This document shows positions 37,701 to 48,796 of a stretch of DNA of 64,000 nt, one piece after another (the first letter of the stretch is position 1; every line of letters begins with the position of its first letter). Below the pieces are notes generated by a model. The model ran no database searches and was not told the origin of the DNA. It saw only the letters and a program-made list of their open reading frames with translations. Both the position numbers and the translations under genes were made by a program. The DNA comes from Heteronotia binoei (taxonomy: Eukaryota). Location of the stretch: the NCBI RefSeq assembly GCF_032191835.1, contig NC_083229.1:107260001-107324000 (forward strand), read 5' to 3'.

Positions 37701-39420
37701 CCTCCTGGCTGATTAAATCTTGCCAGAGGGAGCTTAGATGTCCTCTACGGGACATCATAAATAGATCCCTCTTAGAGGGGCGTTTTCCAACGCCTCTGAA
37801 AGAGGCCTTGGTCCGCCCCCTCTTGAAAAAATCAACAGCAGACCCGGCCGAATTGGCGAACTATCGACCGGTGTCTAACTTACCATTTTTAGGTAAAATC
37901 ATCGAGAGGGCAGTGGCGTTGCAGCTACAGAGATTTCTAGATGACGCTTCTATCCTAGACCCGTGCCAGTCTGGCTTCCGACCGGGCCACGGGACGGAGA
38001 CGGTCTTGGTCGCCTTGGCAGATGACCTCCAACGGCAACTGGATCGAGGCGGTGTAGCAGTGCTGATGTTATTAGATCTGTCGGCTGCATTTGATACGGT
38101 CGACCATCGGCTACTGATCCACCGCCTCGCCGACATTGGGGTTAAGGGGTCTGCTTTACAATGGCTCTCCTCTTTCCTCATGGGTCGGGGACAAAGGGTG
38201 GCGATCGGGGGTGAACGATCCCAGAGGCGCACACTAGATTGTGGGGTGCCTCAGGGAGCAGTCCTCTCCCCGATGTTATTTAACATCTATATGCGCCCCC
38301 TTGCCCAGATTGCCAGGAGGTTTGGGCTGGGCTGCCACCAATATGCGGATGACACCCAGCTCTATCTGCTAATGGACGGCCGGCCCGCCTCCCCCCCGGA
38401 AGACCTGGATCGGGCGTTACAGGCTATCGCAACGTGGCTTAGACTGAGTGGGCTGAAGCTGAATCCGGCAAAGACAGAGGTTCTCTGTGTGGGTCGCGGC
38501 GCTCCAGGGAGGGAAATATCCCTCCCGACCTTCGATGGTGTGCAGCTAAAGGCGGCGCAGCAGGTGAAGAGTCTGGGTGTTTTACTGGAGCCTTCATTAT
38601 CAATGGAGGCCCAGATAACAGCCACTGCCAAGTCAGCTTTCTTCCATCTGAGGCGGGCAAAGCAGTTGGCCCCTTTCCTGGAGCGTCGGGACCTAGCAAC
38701 GGTGATCCATGCGACGGTCACCTCACGATTGGACTACTGTAACGCCCTCTACATGGGGCTGCCTCTGTGCCGGACCCGGAAGTTACAGCTAGTGCAGAAC
38801 GCGGCGGCCAGGCTGTTACTTGGTCTCCCAAGATGGGAACATGTACGGCCGGGGCTACGCGAACTGCACTGGTTACCGATTGTATACCGGGTCCAGTACA
38901 AAGTGCTGGTTATCACCTTTAAAGCCCTATATGGCCGAGGACCAGCCTACCTGAGGGACCGTCTCTCCCCGTATGAACCCCAGAGAGCACTGAGGTCAGT
39001 AGGAAAGAACAGACTGACTACCCCTGGGCCAAGACAAATTAAACTACAGAATACTCGCTCTCGGGCCTTCTCGGCCGCAGCCCCACATCTCTGGAACCAA
39101 CTCCCAGAGGAGGTGCGGGCCCTGCGGAACCTTGATCAGTTCCGCAGGGCCTGCAAGACCACCCTTTTTAAATTAGCTTATGAATAACTGAAAATCCGCC
39201 ATCAGCATCAACTAGAAGAGTGTCAAGGATAGCGTCATAAAATGTTTTAGTTAATTGTTTTAATTCAGGCTTTTAAGGTTAGTTTAATGTTAATTTAATG
39301 TTCCTAGTGTAACTGTTTTATTGTTGGTGCACCATTGGTCACCGTATTGTTAGCCGCCCTGAGCCTGCTTCGGCGGGGGAGGGCGGGGTACAAATAAAAT
39401 TTATTATTATTATTATTATT
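34800..39420 (+). mobile_element. Apparently full-length L2-clade LINE
   Basis: About 1.3 kb leader (CpG-rich at roughly 34960-35530), an intact EN-RT ORF, an AT-rich 3' UTR, a terminal stem-loop (39354-39386) and an (ATT)n tail. The 5' boundary is approximate and no TSD was found. Confidence 0.88.
36119..39187 (+). CDS. L2 LINE ORF2: APE endonuclease plus reverse transcriptase, 1022 aa
   Basis: EN motifs LCNARSINNK, VTETW, GDFN, GHTLDLIF and SDH. RT motifs NYRPVSNLPFLGKIIE, QSGFRPGHGTET, LLDLSAAFDTVDH, GVPQGAVLSP and YADDTQLY. L2-type C-terminus SRLDYCNALY...LHWLP. No stops or frameshifts. Confidence 0.95.
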   Translation: MLAQGIPVLLGRGRYDGGNRQLYKGRRQRQTSARPPSSLLPIPTVAGSGPKRKCSSPSLVLCNARSINNKTSTLKEFLLRQDVDLACVTETWVREGETVALSQMTPPGYSVFHQSRSNGRGGGVALLIREAYSFRALPAPKIDGIECVGLWWDVGEGLAIWLVYHPPNAPASALPSLLEAVAGWALESPGLMVLGDFNVHVDNTASTQAMDLVSSMATLGLSQFVTTPTHQAGHTLDLIFASGILVNDIADEAVPWSDHLALKARMEMPPQPCMGGEPILARPRGLMDPERFQTALRDPWPTGDSLDDLVEVWQDQLSRVIDEIAPRRPLRPRMKLAPWYTLELRQLKQGLRRLERRWRHTRDEVTRTSYRTFMKSYEMAVKAAKKQYFAAKIASANSRPAQLFRVIGDLITLPQGKPNVRELEIGCEAFAKYFADKISSLRQDLPITLDTVSQTEAPRLSSDLLLDHFDPLSLEEDLPITLDTVSQTEAPRLSSDLLLDHFDPLSLEEVDGILSAARPTTCDLDPCPSWLIKSCQRELRCPLRDIINRSLLEGRFPTPLKEALVRPLLKKSTADPAELANYRPVSNLPFLGKIIERAVALQLQRFLDDASILDPCQSGFRPGHGTETVLVALADDLQRQLDRGGVAVLMLLDLSAAFDTVDHRLLIHRLADIGVKGSALQWLSSFLMGRGQRVAIGGERSQRRTLDCGVPQGAVLSPMLFNIYMRPLAQIARRFGLGCHQYADDTQLYLLMDGRPASPPEDLDRALQAIATWLRLSGLKLNPAKTEVLCVGRGAPGREISLPTFDGVQLKAAQQVKSLGVLLEPSLSMEAQITATAKSAFFHLRRAKQLAPFLERRDLATVIHATVTSRLDYCNALYMGLPLCRTRKLQLVQNAAARLLLGLPRWEHVRPGLRELHWLPIVYRVQYKVLVITFKALYGRGPAYLRDRLSPYEPQRALRSVGKNRLTTPGPRQIKLQNTRSRAFSAAAPHLWNQLPEEVRALRNLDQFRRACKTTLFKLAYE

Positions 39421-39661
39421 TAGGTTTACATAAACAAACTTCTATGGCCCTAATTGCAAATATTAGTTGCAGTTGCTGCAAGAGAGAAACTCAAACAGGG
39501 TTTCACATTCTCTAGCTCACAAACAAAGTTTATTATTTGTCAAGTTGTGTGCATTTGTCAGAAGTACTAGAACTTTGTGCCTTCCTTCAGTAGATGAGTG
39601 AGTAGTACATACATGCAACTTCAACGTTTTAATACTAATTATAGAAAGGCAGCGTACTCTA

Positions 39662-40340
39662 TAGGGTTGCCAAGTCCAATTCAAGAAATATCTGGGGACT
39701 TTGGGGGTGGAGCCAGGAGACATTGGGGCAGAGCCAGGAGCAAGGGTGTGACAAGCATAACTGAACTCCAAGAGAATTCTGGCCATCACATTTAAAGGGA
39801 CAGCGCACTTTTTAAAATCTCTTCCTTCCATAGGAAATAATGAAGGATAGGGGCACCTTCTTTTGGGGCTCATAGAATTGGATCCCCTGGTCCAATCATT
39901 TTGAAACTCAGGGGGTACTTTGGGGAGAGGCACTAGATACTATACTGAAAATTTGGTGCCTCTACCTCAAAAAACAGCTCCCCCAGAGCCCCCAAAACCT
40001 CCTGATCAATTTCCCATTATACCCTATGAGAATCGATCTCCACATAGGGAATAATGAAGTGCTCAGCAGACGTTCCCCCCCCCCCCCCCGTTTCTGGCGA
40101 CTCTGAAGCAGGGAATTGGCCTCTCTACTCACGAGTTGCTGCCAGCTTCTTCACAGCAACACAGACACACCATCCTAAGAGGAAGCCTTTCAATCGGAGA
40201 CTGGAGCCTCCGGAGGTGCAAAAGCACATGGTCCTCTGGGGGCGGGGCTTCCTTCCTTCCGCCAGCCAGCTGACTGGGGGCAGGAAGGAGTCTGGGAAAG
40301 CGGAAGAACCCCCGCTGGGACCTGGGGATTGGAAAGCCTA
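39662..40340. mobile_element. TAGGG-TIR hAT MITE, inverted relative to 10270 and 30278
   Basis: TAGGGTTGCCA / TGGAAAGCCTA. TSD GTACTCTA / ATACTCTA (7/8). Confidence 0.88.
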
Positions 40341-40424
40341 ATACTCTAACGTCTATAGGTCAGTTTGTGTAGGCAAATGGCTTTCATTTGATTCCTCCCA
40401 ACTATGCTAAGTTCAGAGATCATA

Positions 40425-41200
40425 GACCTATAGGGCTGGGGAGGGTCTTCTACGTCATTTATTCTAACCCCCTGTTCAATACAGAAAATCCAAAGCCTGA
40501 GCTCCTCCCACAACAAATAGATGTTCAGCTTCTGGCAGAAGTACTCCAGGAATGGACCATGCACCCAGCCCTCTAGGTAATGGTTAAAAGCAGCAAACTC
40601 TAATCTGGAGAACTGGGTTTGATTCCCCCCCTCCTCCACATGAAGCCAGCTGGGTGACCTTGGGCCAGTCACAGTCCTCTCAGAATTCTCTCAGACCCAC
40701 AAGCCTCAAATGGTGTCTGTTGTGAGGAGGGGAAGGGAAGGCAATTGTAAGCCACTTTGAGACTCCTTAAGGTAGTGAAAAGCAGGGTATAAAACCTGTT
40801 TGGTGTAGTGGTTGGCTTGGTGGTGTAGTGGTTTGGTGTAGTGATTAAGTGTACGGACTCTTATCTGGGAGAACTGGGTTTGATTCCCCACTCCTCAACT
40901 TGCAGCTGCTGGAATGGCCTTGGGTCAGCTCTTGCAGAGGATGTCCTTGAAAGTGCAGCTGCTGTGAGACTTCTCTCAGCCCCACCCACGGGGAGGAAGA
41001 TAAAAGAGACTGTAAGCCGCCCTGAGACTCTGATTCAGATAGAAGGGTGGGGTATAAATCTACTGTCTTCTTCTTCTCTTTCTTCACTTTCCAATTGTTA
41101 AACTATTCCTACTATCAGGAAATTTTCCTTTATATTTAACTGAAATCTACCTGTCTTCCAATGATCTAGGCGTATCCTCTAGAGTATTAGAGAACAATTC
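40425..41200 (-). mobile_element. Old CR1 3' fragment split by two SINEs
   Basis: The reverse CR1 tail TCATAGACCTATAGGGCTGG...TATTCTAACCCCCTG lies at 40425-40575. CR1-like text resumes near 41090 (TTCCTACTATCAGGAAATTTTCC). Confidence 0.55.
40575..41085 (+). mobile_element. Two head-to-tail Squam3-like SINEs (about 40575-40795 and 40797-41085)
   Basis: Each has a GGGTTTGATTCCCC B box and a GTAAGCC...TGAGACTC tail. Confidence 0.82.
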
Positions 41201-42074
41201 TTTGCCACCATATATTATATAAACAGAGACATATACTACGATTTCCATGATCTCAATATAAGTTTGGAACTCTAATCATATAGTCTGCAGGGAGAATAGA
41301 TCCATGGATCTCCGGCACATGAGAAACTTCTCAATGACTTTCTGCTTGGGGAGGATACCAAAGTCATCATCAGGAAGCCATACAGCAGACTGAAAACCAC
41401 CCCTTCTGCATTAGACTGTGACTATATCAAATGGTTGCCTTTGTCTGCTAGAGACAAAAAAGTATACGTACATTTTAAAAACAACAATCAGCATAAATTC
41501 AGTCCCAGATGACTTGTAAACCTGCAGAACTGCTGGGTAACTAGCCATGCAGACAAATAGGATGTGTATGTTGAATTTAGGAAAAAACAAAAGAGACTTG
41601 TTCTGCCTAGGGGTTCAAGCAAGAGCAAAGTAGTTGAAAAATACAACTTTTGACAAGTTGGCAATTTAACTGTTTCCAGAATCAATTCAACCTTTCAGAA
41701 AGCTTCCTTTTGTTCGCAAAACTGTTACAGGAATCCCTTGCTGAGGGCTCCAGGAGAGATGATTTCACACTTCCCGAGACATAAAGAATTAATGTCTGCT
41801 GCTCAGTTCCCTCCAAGCTCTTAATCCTGGGAATAGATTTTCAGTGGGGAAACGAGACGTTTACAGCCTCCCTAAGAAAGATGCAGCGATAGGCAAGAGG
41901 TCTGATAACATTAAGAATTTTGTTCTGCTACGTATATAGAATAAAGCCATCCTGATGTATTCAGTGCTGCCACTCTGGTACATTCAGAGCCCAGCCTTCT
42001 GTAAAGAACATTGCTGGAGCTGCAAAAAGGAAGATTTCCAAAGGACTACTATACTGATTTAAGCTTGTCTTAAA

Positions 42075-42215
42075 CAAGAGCAAAATTCACGTACTACCTT
42101 TTGTTGGACCAACAACATTATCATTCTGATGAAGAGAACTGTGGGTCTCAAAAGCTTATACTTCGGACATTGTGTTGATCTCTAAGGAGCCACTAGACTG
42201 AAGTCTAGCTCAAGT
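42075..42215 (+). mobile_element. Penelope-like terminal-repeat remnant with a decayed hammerhead-like core
   Basis: CTGATGAAGAGAACTGTGGGTCTCAAAAGCTTAT is flanked by eroded inverted arms ...ACCTTTTGTTGGACCAAC and GTTGATCTCTAAGGAGCCACTAGACT. Confidence 0.55.
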
Positions 42216-43295
42216 TAGCTCTAGTTTTCTTGGAAGCTATTCAGTGTCCTTTAGTATCAATGACAATGAAGTTCCTGCTAGCAGACAATGAATATTCATT
42301 GAGAAACTGACTATTCTTATCCATAATGTCTCAGTTCAGCTTGTGCACAGGCATACCAAAGGTAGGTAGGAGCTATTGTTTAGAATGTGGAGCGCAGATT
42401 CCACCCTGAATGAACCAATCACTAGTGTGGCCTGCTAAGATTGATCCAGAGACCTGGGATGAACATGGCTTCTCCCCCACAACCTTTGTTACTAGGAAGT
42501 CTCTAATGTTGTTTTAGCAGCTGAATCCTTGAGCTGGCTATGGACTCTGGAAGCTGGGAATTGTGGTTTATCCCTCAGGACAGCAATAATGTCTACTGGA
42601 GTTGACTGGGTCCAAGTTGTCAGATTCAGAGGGACACACTGGTCCCCATGAACTGGTTGAACCAGCAGGCCTTCTGACTCTGCTGAAGGTTAAATACCCT
42701 CAAAGGGGAAGGAGCTCCACCTGTTCCTGGGTTTCATCTCGATAGGGCTTGAAAATGGTCCAATCTTACAAGGAACTACATACACCAGAGCAGTGACTGG
42801 GCTTGCTGGCAGGAGTGCAAGCACAAGATAAAAAACCTGGCACTTCATCATGGCTGCCTCTTCAGGGCCTGCTGCCACTCCCAGGGACAGCTGCCCCACA
42901 GTCTGGCAAGTTAGCAGCTTCTTTTTAAGCTGCTACTAATATGCCAAGATATCCCCAAGAGCTCTGAGTCCAGTCCAGAGATGGAGGGCATCACCTGAGC
43001 CCACGGGTCTCCCACTGTGATCCCTAGTTGCTCTTGTTCATCTTCTGAAGAGTCTCTTCTCAGACCCAGGTGGGGTCCTGATATCTAGGAATGGAAACAC
43101 ACACAGTTCTGGCTTTTTTTTAAAGCTGAACTGACAAATAGCAGATGAGGTGTAAACCTGTGGACTGTGCTACTTCACAATGGGGGAAGCCCACACGGTC
43201 TCAAGCTGCTCCATACCTATCTGCCCTCCCCAATCCTTGTGTACACACACACAAACACACAAGTAAAAAACCCAAACCTAGATAGTAAGGAAAAT

Positions 43296-43404
43296 CAGGG
43301 CTTTTTTGGTTGGGCTTCATTTTTCAGGGTTCTATTTGCATATTAAGCCACACCCCCTGACACCAAGCCAGCTGGAACTGTGTTCCTGCCCAAAAAAAGC
43401 CCAG
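43296..43404. mobile_element. CAGGGCTTTTT-family MITE, short
   Basis: CAGGGCTTTTTT / AAAAAAAGCCCAG. Perfect 8-bp TSD AGGAAAAT. Confidence 0.88.
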
Positions 43405-44234
43405 AGGAAAATCAAGCTTTCTCCCTGACATACCAGTTTTATTATGCATGCAGGAAACTTTCCCCCTCATTCATTTCAACGTGTGAACCCTCCGAGAGGC
43501 AAAGTCCTACTCGTCTATTGTTTGTGAGAATTCTGTCTCAGTTTCCCCTTATTCTTGGCCTATCTGCTGTATTGAGCCAGTCACATGCTCTCAACCTAAG
43601 TTACCTTACAGGGTTGCAACAAAATGAAGCAAAGAAGAATGTTGTAAGCAATTTTAGGTTTCAGTTATGGAGAAAAGTGTATAAATGTATAGTAACAATG
43701 TAGAGTAAATGAAGTAAACAAACAGGTCCAATTTTGAGCTGAGCAGAAAAGGGAACCTTGTTGGCATATTTATACAGTGCTATCCATGAACATGGCACAT
43801 TACAGAACAGAGTACATGTAGTATGAAAAGCAGTGAGATCCCTACCCTAAGAAACTTACAATTAAAAAATAAGGCATAAAACCCTGGGAGTGGAAGGAGA
43901 TGGAGGCAGGGGATCAGTAGTGAAAAATTATGAAGGTGCAGAAAATCAGGATGAAGCTGGCTCTGAAAGAGGTGATATCCACCCCTCTCCTGCAAGTGAC
44001 ACATGATTTTGCCTCAGAGCTGTCTTTATGGATTTGCTCTCCAGTAAAATTCTCACCATGGCCTTTTAAACAGACAATAATAGATACATGCTTGGCTTCC
44101 AATATTTCAAAACAGTTAACATCAAGTATAGAACTGGACTGTTTTTCATCTCCTCATGTTAATGAATCTCCCAAAACATCACCTTCTCAGCCCTTTCAGT
44201 TTTTGAATCTTATAAGAAAAGCTTGTATTTCAAA

Positions 44235-44518
44235 GAGAGCCAGTTTGGTGCAGTGGTTAAGTGTGCGGACTCTTATCTGGGAGAACCGGGTTTGATTCTC
44301 CACTCCTCCACTTTCACCTGCTAGCATGGCCTTGGGTCAGCCATAGCTTTAGCAGAGGTTGTCCTTGAAAGGACAGCTGCTGTGAGAGCCCTCTCCAGCC
44401 CCACCCACCTCACAGGGTGTCTGTTGTGGGGGAGGAAGGTAAAGGAGATTGTGAGCCGCTCTGAGACTCTTTGGAGTGGAGGGCGGGATATAAATCCAAT
44501 ATCTTCTTCTTCTTCTTC
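44235..44518 (+). mobile_element. Full-length Squam3C-like SINE
   Basis: GAGAGCCAGTTTGGTGCAGTGGTTAAG (A box), CGGGTTTGATTC (B box), CORE-like body, L2-like tail and (TTC)n. Possible TSD TTCAAAG. Confidence 0.92.
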
Positions 44519-45639
44519 AAAGTTAATTATATGCCTTTGTTCACCCTAACGTTTTTAAATACAATGCTGATTCAAGGGAACACCTTTTTGTGACTTTTGT
44601 CCTAGTAACTTGTCAAATGTTTGTTGGTCATGCCTCTGTCTTGCAACTAGCCTTTGCTTCCCTTGGAGAAGTGTATGTCATCTGGAGAACTTTTATAATA
44701 CTTTTTAAAATACAGAAAGAAGTATAAAAATAACTTTGAGGGCCATCTTCTCTGCTTCACCACAAAAAGCCTCTATTCAGGAAACCTGCAGCTTTCTATA
44801 GTTGAATGCTTTGGATACATTAAAAGAGTTCTTTAAAATGACCATCAGCATTTATTTTCCCTACAGCAACACCTAGTCTCAAGGGAATCAGCAGAGGGCA
44901 GAGATCAACAGTGCAAGGGAAACACAAGGTAATTCTGTGCTGCTGCAGCCTGTGTTTACTCCAGGCTAGCTCAAAGCCAAACAGGTTTGGCAAGTGGTGC
45001 AACAAGGAAGGAAGGAGAGTTCTAGACCTTTTCCTTACAGATTCCACTTATCAGACAGAGAAGCAGCCCAATGAATCATTTACACTGCCCAGATCAAAGG
45101 CAAGAACCCAGTGGGATGGATGAGGTGGCAAGTTAATCTCCTTTTCTCTCTCCACCCCCTACAGTAGCAATAAGGCCATTTCAAGGAAGCAGAGAAGGCA
45201 ACAGGGTCTTCTAAACCTGGAGACAAGCTTACAAAACAGGTCAGCCTTTGACCCCTTGCAGATGAGCTGAGGCTCAAAACAGGTCAGAATCCTTTCACAA
45301 AGATTGCTTTGGTTTGCAGAAACTATACCCTGCTTGGAAACCAAAACTGAAAAATCAAAACGGAGAAAGAGGAAGTTACAGGGTTGCCAGCTGTGGCTTG
45401 GCAAAATTTGGAGCGGAGTTTGGGGAGCAGAGGGAATTTAGCAGGGCTCTGATTCCATAAAGACTCATCTGGGGACCTGATCTCTGTAGCCTGGAGATTA
45501 GTTGCAGTTTTAGGAGAACTCCAGGAACCACTTGAGGGGAGGCAACCCAAAGGAAGCAAGAGGAGGGAATTCTAGGGTGAGTAGGAATGCATAAGACTGA
45601 GGACCGAACTTTAATGGCCAAATCACATTATGCATGAAG

Positions 45640-46270
45640 CAAGCCCTACTTCTAGACTTCAACTTCAAGCAATCCAGAATGCCATAGGCCAGCCTACCAT
45701 CAGGGGCTGGATATTGGGACTATATCGCCCCTTTGCTGAAAGAGCTGCACTGGCACAATTCAAAGTGCTCATTCTTACCTTTAACCCCCTAAATAGCTCA
45801 GGGCAGGATGCTTTAAGGACTGCTTCCTTCCTTACAGCTCAACAGACCAGTTAAAACCCTCATGCTCCCTGCTTCCTCTGTGCTGCTTGCAGGGATGCGG
45901 CGGATGGTGCTACCTCGCTTTCAGACTGCCCTCCTCATTGACTCTCCTAACACCTACTTTACTGTCTTTTAGGTGCCAGACCAAAAATTCATCTTTACCT
46001 GGGGGCTTTTATCTGAAGGATTCCATTCTTTTAAGTGTTGCTTTCAATGACACACTGATAGCAAGTGGGCTGTTTTAGGAATACGATTTTATTCTGCTGA
46101 ATATCACTTTACGCTATTGTTACGCTTCTAGCAGGATCTTCCCTTGTTTTATTGCTTGTTTTTGATCATGTGTTTGTTTTGATGACTCTTAATGTTGCAT
46201 TGTTTTCACCTTGTGAGCTGCCTCAAGCAGCTCTCTGAAGAGATGGCATATGAATTCTCTGAATAAACAA
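45640..46270 (+). mobile_element. Degenerate L2 C-terminus, 3' UTR and tail
   Basis: LQLQAIQNA..., CACAATTCAAAGTGCTC...ACCTTTAACCCCCTAAAT, and tail GTGAGCTGCCTCAAGC...GAATAAACAAAC. Confidence 0.65.
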
Positions 46271-46288
46271 ACAGACATGGAAAGTCCC

Positions 46289-46470
46289 CAGGGCTTTTTT
46301 TTGTAGCAGAAACTCATTTGCATATTAGGCCACACACCCTGATGTAGCCAATCCTCCTGGAGCTTACAGGGCTCTTAGTACATGGCCTACTGTAAACTCT
46401 TGGAGAATGTGCAACATCACGGGTGCGTGGTCTAATATGCAAAGGCATTCCTGCTACAAAAAAAGCCCTG
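46289..46470. mobile_element. Palindromic CAGGGCTTTTT-family MITE
   Basis: Homologous to 18175-18356. TSD AAAGTCCC / GAAGTTCC (6/8). Confidence 0.88.
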
Positions 46471-47231
46471 GAAGTTCCTAAATTACCATTTCACACAGAG
46501 TGGCTAGATCTCCCGGGCCACTGGCAGGCCATTGCAAGGGAGCAGGGGGAGAAGGGTTGCCCAATCCAGGTTGGGAAACTCCTGGAGATTTGGGGACTGA
46601 GTGTGGGTGGGGGGCAGGGACCTCAATGAGATAAAGTGCTTTAGAGGCCACCTGCCACAGCATCCATTTTGTCCAGGGAAACTGATCTCCATAGCCTGGA
46701 GGTGAGCTGTAATTCTGGAGGGTCTCCAGGTCCTACCTGGAGGCTGGCATCCCTAGTTCTGCAGTAAGCCCTCGCCTCCTTTCACATGCCTGATCAGTGA
46801 AGTGCTCTGCACAATGGGAGAGCCTCTATTCCTACTGAAATAGAGGTTATTTCATTCTGGTGTTCTTCCTTCGACTACATTTTCAAGGGCAGAGACGTCA
46901 GCTTCCCTGCACCAAAAGATACAGACATATCCTTCCATGGAGAACTATTTTCAGAACCCAGTCACCCACTTTTTCCAATTCACGCTCCCTCTTTTTGCAA
47001 GGCAATTGTTAGCTCAGCCACCCATAAAATTACTGCACACTCTGCAGTTTTGTGCAAATCTGAACCACTGCTTATATGATCCCTGGCTGGAAGGTTAACA
47101 CCATTATAGAGACAGAAGATGGAGTATTATCTGGGTGGCTGTTAAAAGCTGGCATCTGTCTGGGGGGGGGGAGGAAATTCTTTCCTCTTACACAGTTCTG
47201 CTTAACCTTTTCACTACTTCAGGTAAAAGAA

Positions 47232-47291
47232 TCAGGAAGTAGGTCTTTACCTGAGAAGCTGTCAGGAAGTAGGTCTTTACCTGAGAAGCTG
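47232..47291. repeat. Perfect 30-bp tandem duplication
   Basis: TCAGGAAGTAGGTCTTTACCTGAGAAGCTG x2. Confidence 0.95.
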
Positions 47292-47477
47292 CCAGGCAGA
47301 GCAGACAGTACTGACTCTAACAGACCACTATAAGGAATGTTTTAAGGAATATACGATGTATTTATTTATTTGTTTATGTTATTTACAGTGTCTTTCTCAC
47401 TGGTACTTCAGGAGGATCACACATCTTGAGACAATTAAGTCAACAGAAATGGGGCATCTATAAATAAAACAGTAGGG

Positions 47478-48081
47478 CAGGAGTGTCAAATGTGCAGCCT
47501 GAGGGCTGCGATCAGGCCGGTGAGCAACTCACTGTCATTTGCTTCCTTCTCTTTCTCTCTCTTGCTTCCTTTTGCATCACAGCTTGTTTTGCCAGGCTTG
47601 CTCAATTAAGCTACAGAGCAAGTCTCTATTTTCTCCATTGGCTGACCAGCACATGAAGCAACTTTTGTACAAAAGCTCTCAATGCCCAGCCTTTTCATGT
47701 TTTTCCCTGGGTCTTAGGCTCAAAGCATTGACCATGAGATTTATGTAATGAATGTCAATAAATCAAAAGTAGGTTTGCAATTTAGACACACACCTGAAAA
47801 GCATACTTGATTGCTACAGCACAGATATTGTCTCTAAATTATGATGGGATAATTCAGAGCAAGAGGTGTCACTTGTCAGAAACTGTTAAATAAACAAAAT
47901 TTTGCAAGAATGCTAATCTTTTAAGCATATTTTAAGTTTAAAAAAAAATAATTTTGTTTTCCCATGTCCTTTATAACGCTTATATCTCTGCTACCTGGCA
48001 TTACATTTTAGGACACACATGGCCCAGCCCAACAAAGTCTCATTTATATGAGATCCATCCCTCATGAGTTCAGCACCCCTG
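47478..48081 (-). mobile_element. CAGGGGTGTC-family hAT element, inverted relative to 32815
   Basis: CAGGAGTGTCAAAT / TTCAGCACCCCTG. The interior is the reverse complement of 32815-33430. TSD CAGTAGGG / TAATAGGG (6/8). Confidence 0.85.
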
Positions 48082-48413
48082 TAATAGGGTTTGGATTGCA
48101 AAAATCTGAAAATAGAGGCTGAGGTAGAGAGGAACTATTAGGAACTGTGCAACCATACAGGAAAGCCACCAAACTCAACTATACACCATAGCAGCATGAG
48201 CCTCTGTCTAGACTCAACAATGACAAACTCAGAACAAGAGCGGTGTTCTCCCATATACTTCACTATACAAATATCAAAGACACCAAAGGAATTTTGTACT
48301 ATTGTGTTTGGGAATATACAGCAAGTAACAGAAATGGCCTATTAGGCTTGTGAAGAGGATACTCCTTTGGCTAGCATTAAATTTAAATCAAATATTATTG
48401 TCTTCCATTTCAT

Positions 48414-48796
48414 TAGGGTTGCCAAGTCCTCTTCATCCCCAGCGGGGGACAAAGAGACGAATGACATCACCCGGAAGTGATGTCATCAAAATGGCGGAGC
48501 CCGTGCAGGGCCACTCTAGGCGTTTCCGGAAAAACTCTATGGTTTTCACCTGCCACTCTAGCCATTCGGGAGGTCAAAACTCTGTGATGCAAAAGTACCA
48601 TAGAGTTTTAACCTCCCAAATGGCTAGAGCGTCTGGGAAAACCATAGAGTTTCCAGGCGTCACCATTTTGATGGCGTCACTTCCAGGTGATGTCATCGCA
48701 GGGGGAGGTTCCCTCCGCCGATCCGATGTGGGCCGGCAGGTTGAGAACCTCCTAGGCAGGAGATTCCCTGCCCGGACCGGGGGGTTGGCAGTACTA
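48414..48796. mobile_element. TAGGG-TIR MITE of a distinct, CpG-retaining subfamily
   Basis: TAGGGTTGCCAA / TTGGCAGTACTA. Perfect 8-bp TSD CATTTCAT. Internal TGACATCACCCGGAAGTGATGTCA palindromes. Confidence 0.85.
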
